This document shows positions 33,970-42,800 of a DNA stretch of 57,006 nt, piece after piece. The stretch's first letter is position 1. Each line of letters begins with the position of its first letter. The notes under the pieces were generated by a model that did no database searches, had not been told where the DNA came from, and was given only the letters and a program-made list of their open reading frames with translations. Made by a program: the position numbers and the translations under genes. This DNA is from a virus, in the IMG/VR virus record IMGVR_UViG_3300045988_118427; one strand, given 5' to 3'.

Positions 33970-35385
33970 ATGGCTGAAAATTTGACCGTGGGACACCCAA
34001 GTTTCTATCGTGGTAGTGGTTTAGAGGGCCGTCCATTGTTCGCACCTAACCAAGTACCCAATCAGGGTACGCCATTCTTGGCGGCGGAACGCGCACAACC
34101 GATGCAGTTCGGGGATAAGTTGCGTGGCTATTCTTTGTACCAACTGCCGTCTAATTACGTCGGTGCAGCAACGGTACAGCCCGCGCCGCAAGGCGTACCC
34201 ATGTACCTGAACCCGAACACCCAGCCAAGCGACCCGCTGGGCGTGTTCCAACGATTCCGCGATACCGCCAACGGTACAGCACCAGTGGTAACTGCTTCGC
34301 AACCTGCGGCACAAACCGCGTCACAACCGCAAGGTGTATCTGTGACACAACCACAACAGGTAGCTGCCCCGCAGTCCGTCATCTCGGTTGAGTCGTTGCC
34401 GCGTGTGGATGTGCCTAAGCTGCGCCCGCAACAGAACGACATTCGTTTCATCGCCTCGCAAGGTGTAGATGCCCTTGATGGTGGCGACGCGTCCATCGAC
34501 TTCGGTCGCCGTTATGCCGCTGCCGCCGCGACAGGCGCAGTACCTGTGGTAAGTAACGCTATGCTTGCCGCGATGAATCGCCAACACGCCCGCAACCAAG
34601 CAGCGTTGTCTGCCGCGACTAAGGCGCAGGACGTGAATGATATGTACGCTGCGCTGAATGACCCTAACCTCCGCGCCCGCGCCCATGCCTTAGCCAAAGC
34701 AAATGGTATCTCGTTCGACCTTGCGATGAAACAGGCGGTGCAGTCCAAGCTGCTGGAGAGTGGCGACTTCAACTTGGCTAACCGCTACGAGATGCAGAAC
34801 GTCCTGCCTGCGGTAAACGCGGAACAGGAACGACGTGTAACAGAAGCCATCAACTTTGGCGGTTCGGCTACGCCGGTGCGCGACCCATACGGCGCAGACA
34901 TTCAAACCAATGGTATCAACTCTGCCCAACCTACCGCCGACGGTAAATATGTGTTCACCACGGCGAACAATGTTGTGGTTGGTACGCCGACCGCAGGTAC
35001 GATGTACGGCGTGATTAATGGTTCAAGTTCCCCGACCAATGCCTCATACAACGTTACACAGGCAAACATTCAAAATGGTCTCAATGCCCAACAGGCCGCA
35101 GCGAAACAAATCGCCGCCCAAGCCGCGCAGGTAGCGAACCAAGATAAGACAGCGTTGGATATGCTCAATAAACGTTTGACAGCACAAGCCCAACTCATGA
35201 ACGCAGGTGCGCGACAACAGAATGCCGACACACGCGCTACCGCCGCAGCAAACACCGGCGACAGCCAACTGGCGAAGAGCATGATTGCCACATTGAAAGC
35301 GTTGCCTGACGGCGACCCACGCAAAGAGCAAATCATGGAAGCCTTGGCCCAAATGTATATCAGCCCCACCTCTCCGACGGAGTAA
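33970..35385 (+). CDS. Q/A/N-rich internal protein (putative)
   Basis: 471-aa low-complexity protein upstream of the virion hydrolases. Confidence 0.45.
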   Translation: MAENLTVGHPSFYRGSGLEGRPLFAPNQVPNQGTPFLAAERAQPMQFGDKLRGYSLYQLPSNYVGAATVQPAPQGVPMYLNPNTQPSDPLGVFQRFRDTANGTAPVVTASQPAAQTASQPQGVSVTQPQQVAAPQSVISVESLPRVDVPKLRPQQNDIRFIASQGVDALDGGDASIDFGRRYAAAAATGAVPVVSNAMLAAMNRQHARNQAALSAATKAQDVNDMYAALNDPNLRARAHALAKANGISFDLAMKQAVQSKLLESGDFNLANRYEMQNVLPAVNAEQERRVTEAINFGGSATPVRDPYGADIQTNGINSAQPTADGKYVFTTANNVVVGTPTAGTMYGVINGSSSPTNASYNVTQANIQNGLNAQQAAAKQIAAQAAQVANQDKTALDMLNKRLTAQAQLMNAGARQQNADTRATAAANTGDSQLAKSMIATLKALPDGDPRKEQIMEALAQMYISPTSPTE

Positions 35386-35388
35386 GCT

Positions 35389-36180
35389 ATGGCAGCGTAC
35401 ACTTATGACTATGGTCTGGGGTTAGGTGCGCCGCTTCAGACCAATAACTACCGTATCACGTCGTGGGTAGGTCCTCGCGCCCGTTTCGCAACGTCTGGCG
35501 GGCAACACTCAAGTACCAGTCATGCAGGGGTGGATATTGCCGTACCGGTTGGTACAAAACTGCTCGCGCCCATGTCGGGTAAGGTAATCCGCGTTGTCAA
35601 TATGAACGACGGTACGGAGAAGCGTAACCCACGCGGGTACGGCAACCAAGTGGTAATCCAGCGGGATGACGGCGTGATTACCCAGCAGTCGCACTTGTAC
35701 GACGTGAATGTCAAGGTCGGCGACCATGTACAGCAGGGGCAGGTTATCGGGCGTTCTGGTAACTCCGGCAGCACGACAGGTCCGCACTTGGACTATATTG
35801 TCATCAAGAACGGAATGTCGATACGTCCTGACGGTACGGCATACGCAGCATACCAAAAACCGTGGCTTCCCAAAGCGGGAACAATGGCCTCGCCTACCGC
35901 GCCTGCTGGAGATATGAGTACTTACGCTCAGTCCGTACCTGTCGGAGCAGCCGTTCCCACACCGGTCGTACCCGATATTCCTGCACCGCCAAAACCTGTG
36001 GGGCAACTTGATTTCTTTGACCAGTTGGTAAAAGAGCAGGAGCTTTCAGATAAACTGTTGTCGCTTACCGAACCACGCGCGACTGCGGTCGCTGTACCCA
36101 ACGATGACTTCTACAATAACGTAGCGCAAGCAGATTGGAATACCTATTATGGCTACCCGACAAGACCTAGAGCGTTATAG
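35389..36180 (+). CDS. M23 (LytM-type) peptidoglycan endopeptidase, probably virion-associated
   Basis: HAGVDIAVPVGT...GYGNQVVI...GNSGSTTGPHLDY matches the HxxxD / HxH M23 motifs. Confidence 0.8.
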   Translation: MAAYTYDYGLGLGAPLQTNNYRITSWVGPRARFATSGGQHSSTSHAGVDIAVPVGTKLLAPMSGKVIRVVNMNDGTEKRNPRGYGNQVVIQRDDGVITQQSHLYDVNVKVGDHVQQGQVIGRSGNSGSTTGPHLDYIVIKNGMSIRPDGTAYAAYQKPWLPKAGTMASPTAPAGDMSTYAQSVPVGAAVPTPVVPDIPAPPKPVGQLDFFDQLVKEQELSDKLLSLTEPRATAVAVPNDDFYNNVAQADWNTYYGYPTRPRAL

Positions 36181-36880
36181 AGCCGACCCCTATGTACAGC
36201 AGATGTTGACGCTGCTGTCCCGTACCGAGGGTACATACAACGCGAAGAACCCTTATGCCGTGTACGGTGGTAAGGTGTCGAACCAATTAACCAGTTTCGC
36301 CGACCACCCCCGTGCCGCAGGTAAATGGAATTTCCAAGACAACTCTGGTAAGTCGCAGGGTTCTACCGCAGCAGGACGGTATCAGATTATCCAAAAGACG
36401 TGGGATGGTATCTCACGCCAGTACGGGCTTAACGACTTCAGCCCTATGAATCAAGACCTCGCCGCCATCGGCTTGATGGTAAACAGCGGGGTCATGCCAC
36501 TTATTCTCAAAGGCGATATACGCGGTGCAGCGTCTAAGCTGGGCAACGTGTGGGCGAGCCTGCCGTCCAGTCCCTACAACCAAGCGAAGCGCAGTGGTAA
36601 AGAGTTCGACAGGATGCTCGCCGCTTCCACCGGCGTGACCGCGCCAACCGAGTTACCCTCAACAGCAGGCGCAGTGGGTGGTATGACAGACAAGTCCATC
36701 GTTGCTCCTAAGATACCGTCGCCTACTGCCCCGACCACGAGACAAGCTTTCGTACTTGACCCTTTGAGTAAAGATGAACTTGAGGCTATAATGACCGAGA
36801 AACGCCCTACCCAGCCGCGCATTAAAGACGACTTCTTCGTCAATGTGGCGAAGCCTAACTGGGCAGCCTATTACAGTTAA
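36149..36880 (+). CDS. lambda R-like lytic transglycosylase (GH104-type), probably virion-associated
   Basis: MLTLLSRTEGT, ADHPR, STAAGRYQ, LNDFSPMNQD, GDIRGA and VWASLP align by eye with lambda R. Overlaps the M23 gene by 32 nt. Confidence 0.8.
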   Translation: MATRQDLERYRADPYVQQMLTLLSRTEGTYNAKNPYAVYGGKVSNQLTSFADHPRAAGKWNFQDNSGKSQGSTAAGRYQIIQKTWDGISRQYGLNDFSPMNQDLAAIGLMVNSGVMPLILKGDIRGAASKLGNVWASLPSSPYNQAKRSGKEFDRMLAASTGVTAPTELPSTAGAVGGMTDKSIVAPKIPSPTAPTTRQAFVLDPLSKDELEAIMTEKRPTQPRIKDDFFVNVAKPNWAAYYS

Positions 36881-36889
36881 GGATTAAAA

Positions 36890-39800
36890 ATGCCATACAA
36901 CACTGGTGCATTATCATACTTGGACAATCTAGCCGCGATGACACAACAGGCCGCCTTAGACAACGAGGCGGCTCGTCAGCAGTTGGCACTTGAGCAACAA
37001 CAGTCACAGGCGCGTATCGCCGAGGCGCAGAAAGCGATGGAGGACGCGCTCGCCCAACAACAGGCGGCGTATGTGGCCCAACAGCAACAAGCCCAACAGC
37101 AGCAAGCAGCGGCGGATACTGCTGCCATGTCAACTGGCAACAAGTGGGCTGACGAGTTCATCGCTTCTGCCGACAAGTTCAATTATGGTACACATGGTAT
37201 CGACCCGAACGGCGCAACCCTGTGGAATCGCAAGGTGTTGGATAACTGGCTTGATGCTAAAGCCAAAGAAGAGAACTGGAACGCCCTGCAAAAAGACCAA
37301 ATCAAGAAACAGGTCAAAGACGCAGTGGTTAAGGCCAGCACTAACAAGAACCTATTTGACGTAGAAGAACGTGGCTTTTGGGGTGCGGTTGGCGATATTG
37401 GTAACTCGTTGGCTGATGGTGCTATCGGTGGTCTCGCTGACCTTGCAAGCACGCTCAACATTGCCGCGTACGAGGGCGCGAAGCGCATGGATAAGGCGGG
37501 CTACACAGACGCTCTCGGTAATATCAACCCTGTTTATGCGCTGGAAAAAGCGTGGGAATTCACCGGCCTCGGCGATGGTAAGCTGAACTGGGACAAGCAG
37601 ATTGACGACGCTGTTGTTGCGGCACGCGCCGCGTGGGGCGACCTGAAGTCCGACTATTCTAAAGATGCGGCCCGCGCTCGCGCAGAAGCCAGCGGTGTGG
37701 CAGAGACCTTGCTTGCACTTGGCGACAAGCCCACTACGGCATTCGACGAACTGGCATCTGCGCTGGGCGTTGTGGTTGGGGCTAAAGGCTTGAACCTCGT
37801 CGGTAAAGGCGTGGCTGCCGTTGGTAAAGGAGTCGTTCGTGGTACGGCTAAAGCCGCAAGCAAAGCCACGTTCGGTTTGGCGGATGATGTACTCCGTGCC
37901 AGTGGTACACAACTCGGTCGTGCCACCGGCGTACTGAAGCCTGTCGCTGAACGCTTGAATCCGTCTCTGTTGGCCCGCTCTGCCGCCATCGAGGGTTCGG
38001 GTAATGCAATGGACGTGCTGCGCCAAGAGGGTGCGTACAACGCAGACACAGCCCAATATACTGACGACGCACTGGCGACGGCTGCGGCAACCGGTCTGCT
38101 GACTGGTGGTATCACTTATCTCGGTGGTAGGTTGTTCAACACCGTAGAGGGTACGGCGGCTCGCGCTTTGGGCGGGCGCGCTGCGGCAGGTAATACCACA
38201 CTAGGCCAAACCCTGCTGTCAGGCAGTGGTATCACTATTGAGCAAGCCCTACGTACTGTGGCTGACGATATTGCCGCCGGTGCAGCGTCTAAGGCTACGC
38301 GCGATGTGCTTGGCGAAGCGACAGAGTACCTGATGTCCCGTACCGCACAGCTTGTTCCTAAGTCGGGTAGGCTGTCTGCGGTGTTCAACGGTACGAAACA
38401 ACTTACCAGCGGTATGCTCGGCGAGGGTCTCGAAGAGGGCTTGATTGGTATGATTTCAAGCGCAGCGACTCAAGGCTTAGGCAAAGATGGTACGTTCAAT
38501 ACCAACAACATCGACATTAAAGAAGTTATGCGGGCGGGCGCGAACGCCGCTACGCTCGGTGCGACACTCGGTGTCGTGAGTGGTAGTGTTGAAGCCGCCG
38601 GTAAATATCGTGAGAACCGTGCCAACGTTGACCGCATTTTGCGTGATAACGAGCAGGCTGATGCCAATCTGCAAGAAGCCCGTCAGTTGTGGTATGACCT
38701 TGAGAACCCAGCGGGTGTCGCTCAACCACAGGCACAACCACAGGCTCAACCAACAGGCGACCCATTACAACAGGCACAAGCCCAAGCGCAGGCGCAACAA
38801 CCTACCGCACCACTGGCATTACCAAGCCCTACCCCTACGCTGGCTATCCCAAGTAATATCGACCCACGCCTGCCTGACGACGTATATCGTGAAATGGCAT
38901 TGCAGGCGTATAAGGAACGTGTGGCACAAGCCGATGCCGCTCGCGCTGACCGAGAGATGGCAGCCGAAGTTGATGCAACCAAACAACGTGCAATGGGCGA
39001 CCGACTGGCTGATTACGCCAAGACCGAACAGGCTAAAGTTGCGCTCAATGAGGTACTCACGCCTGAACAACGCGCCGAACGCGCGACTGCCGGTTTCCGT
39101 TTCGCCGATGACGTTCTCAACCGTAGCGACATTCATGTTCCGCAAGGTGTCCGTGCGACCATCGAGTTGCTCGGCCAGTTGGAACGCGCCCAAGACCTGA
39201 TTAAGAGTGGTACATTGGATAAGGCTACCGAGCAATCGTTGATTGATTCCGCCAGCCAGTTGTTGCGCTATGCCACACGTCAAGGCCGTCTCGAAGCGGC
39301 GCGTACTTGGGTGGATAAGAACCTGTTGAAGATTAAGACACCAACACCAACACCGGCGCAGCCTGCCCCTACCGATGGTACGACCAAAGCCGTCAGCAAT
39401 ACCCGCTCAACCAAGACAGTGCTTGAGAATAATGGTATCTCCGGTGCTGCCGCTAAGGACGTTATGCGCTTGATGAAAGACGTGCGGTCACCACGTGTAC
39501 GTGTGGAAGTGAACAACTATATCGAAGCATTAACAAGCGACGAACCCACCGATGTGGGATACTACCGTGGCCAAGCTGACTACGCCCTGAACCTTATGTA
39601 TTTGAAGCAGTGGGACGATTGGTCCACCGCAGACGCAAATGCGCAGCAGTTGCTCGATGACTTGGAAGCCACACTGACCGATGGTATAGAAGCCCGTGCA
39701 GCCACTAAAGAAGCCGCCTCGCAGGAGGGTGCGGCAGCCGAAGCAAAAAAGCTCCAGTTGACCCTCTTCGACGAGGTAACGCCTGATGATACGCAAGCCG

Positions 39801-42800
39801 TCCATGACACGGCCCGCGCTATGCAGAAGCACGGCGCACCTACTGCGGTGATGGATTTCCCTGATGGGTGGCAAGACGACCCGCGCTTTCTGCGCATGGT
39901 TGATAGGTACGAACTTAAAACCGGCAAACCGTTTCCCCGCAACCAGTTGGGCGAAGATTACCAACAGGCGTTGGCCGCAGGACGTACTGAGTTGAATGAG
40001 CAACAGTGGTATCAAGTACGCTCGCCACAATTCAAAGCATGGTTCGGCGACTGGGAGACCGACCCTGCTAACGCGTCTAAAGTAATTAACCCGCGCACGG
40101 GCGAGCCACTGGTGGTATATCATGGTACGGCTGGTAAGTTCGAGGCGTTTGACCGTGGCGCACGCGCGGTGTCAGGCTCGGCGACAAATGATGGGTTCTT
40201 CTTTTCGGATAGCCCCGATGTGGCAGGCTCTTACGCATCCGTAGATTCTAACTATGCGCCGCAACCTATGGTGCGTGGACGAATCTACGATATTGACGAT
40301 AACCTTACGCACGATTTAGGGTTGTTTGATTCCAACGATGCACTGTATGAACAGCTCCGTGAACGCGAAGCCGCAGGGGAATATGTGGACTGGGACGGCG
40401 TTGTTACCAATACAGAGTATCCACAAGTCCCGCTGTCCGCGCGTAACATTATTCCTGCGTTCTTAAATATCAGACAACCAAAAGTAACAGACTTTGGCGG
40501 ATTACCGTGGAACGCTTTGCCCGCTGCACAAGGTGGTTATATCACAACGGATGTACTGGCCCGCGAAGCTCAACGGTCGGCAGACGGGGCGGTATTCACT
40601 AACGTGCGCGATTCACACGTCCAATCAGACACACAAGTTTCAACTGTGTATGTCGCCTATGACGCGAACCAAATCAAGTCCGCCGTGGACAATAGTGGCG
40701 AGTTCTCCGCATCTGACGCTCGCTTCCGCCACCAACGTGGTACGCATACTGAATGGGACGCAATGTCCGACGCGGAAAAACATTTAGCTATCGAGCAGCA
40801 GACCATAGCTCGTGGTACGAACGCTTTGCGTAATACGTTCGGCGATGAAATCGCAAGAAACGTGGTATGGGTATCCCCACGCAGTCAGAGCCTGCACAAC
40901 CGCAACTCCCGCGCATATGTACTAGATGGCGACCCGAACACTATCTACGTCGTTGCCCACCCGCACATGACCAACCAACAGTTCGTGTACGCCGTAGCCC
41001 ATGAGATGCTCCACCAAGGTGTCGATGTGAACCTGCGTGGTAAAGTGCTACGCGGTGCGGACTATACGCAACACATGACTAAGCTGGCAGAGAACCCGTT
41101 TGTTCAAGCGTTGGTATCCCGTATCGGCGAGCGGTATGGCAATATCGACACGCAGTCTATGGTAGAGGAAGCCCTTGCCGAGATTCACGCTGCGCGTACC
41201 ACTAAAGACGGTTGGAACACCCTGCGTAACGAGTGGGGCTTGGACATGGAAATCCCTGCCGCCCTGCGCTCTACCAACTCAAGCAGCTTGGTATCTCGTA
41301 TCGTAAGTTACCTGAAGCAAGTCGTATCACGTCTGACCGGCAAGTACCGTAAGGCAAGCGACAGCGCGGTGGCAGACTTCTTGAAAGTGGTAACAGCCCG
41401 CCGTCCGAACGACACCGCCGGTATTCGTACTCCTGACCAAGTAAACGCCTATCGCCAACGTATGAGCTTTGAAGCGGCGCAGGCGCGTAGCGACTATTAC
41501 CATAACCAAGCTCGTGGTATCTATCCTGACTTCGATTCATTGGACGCTACTGCCAAGGCGCAAGTATTATCACAACTGGCTACCGGCGACGACCAAGCGC
41601 AGACTGAACTGGGCTTGCAAATCCGTAACTCGCTGCTGCCGGTTAACGACCCTTGGAAAGACCCTAAATGGCGGGCGCAACAGCAGGCTGCCGACCACGC
41701 CAAGAAAGTAGCCGCAGCGCAGCAAGCTGCCAACCAAGTACCGCCGTCAGGCAATCAACAGGCGCAGGCGGACTATGTGCGCCGCACTGTGCGGCAAATC
41801 CGTATCTATCCGTCACGCGCGAACACCAGCTATTACAATGCCGCCGACTTGGACGCATACGTTGGTATCATCTCGCAAGTCCGCAAGGGCGATGCTTACT
41901 TTATCCGCGTAGAGATGAACGACGACGCGACCGGCGCGAAAGGTATCATTTACGAAGAACCTACTACGACCGACATCGACCTCGATATGCACAAAGCGTG
42001 GGAAGCGTTGGTGCAACAATACCCGAACGCGCACTACGAGCGGCGCGAGGGCAGCACATACAGCACCGAGGCGAACCGCGCGTTGACACCCGAAGAACTG
42101 GTGGTATTGAACCGCGCACAACAGATGGGCTTGTCGTCGCCGTCCCTGCGCCGGTGGACTAACTGGCTGCGTAACAAGCTGCCTGCCAACTACGTCCCCA
42201 TCTTGGATAAATTCCTTGATGTGGTAGAGATGGCGCGTACACACTGGGTAAGCATCTATACGCCTTTCATCGCCGTAGAGCAGATGTACGCCGCCGCTAC
42301 CGGCAAGCAAACCAACATCATCACACGCCTGCTCCGTGATAAGAGTGAGGCGGGCGCGTTCCTACACCGCAACTTCAACAGTACCAATCCTAAGCAGCAG
42401 TCGCTGCGCGACCGCACCGAGCGGCTGCGTCAGACCATCATCGACAGTGGTATCTCGCAAGAGAAAGTAAACCGTATCCTGCATGGCTTGGAGGAGCGTG
42501 TCCGCTCCGATGTGTTGTTGAACAGCGACGAGTCGCTCGGTCACTGGCAGGAAGTGAATGGCAACCGTGTGTTGTTCGACCCAGCTACCGGTCGTCCGCG
42601 TTACACCGTAACAGGCTACCGCTTCCAAGACCTAGACACAACCGACCCGAACGCTGGTGCGTATGACCTGCGCGGTATCCGTTTGGCACAAGCACTGGCT
42701 AACCTGACCGTCGAGGAGCGCAACAAGATTGGTTCGATTGTGGCTGAAGTAGCCGAGACCAACCGCATTGTGAACAAGCTGAAACACGAACGTGGTGTAC

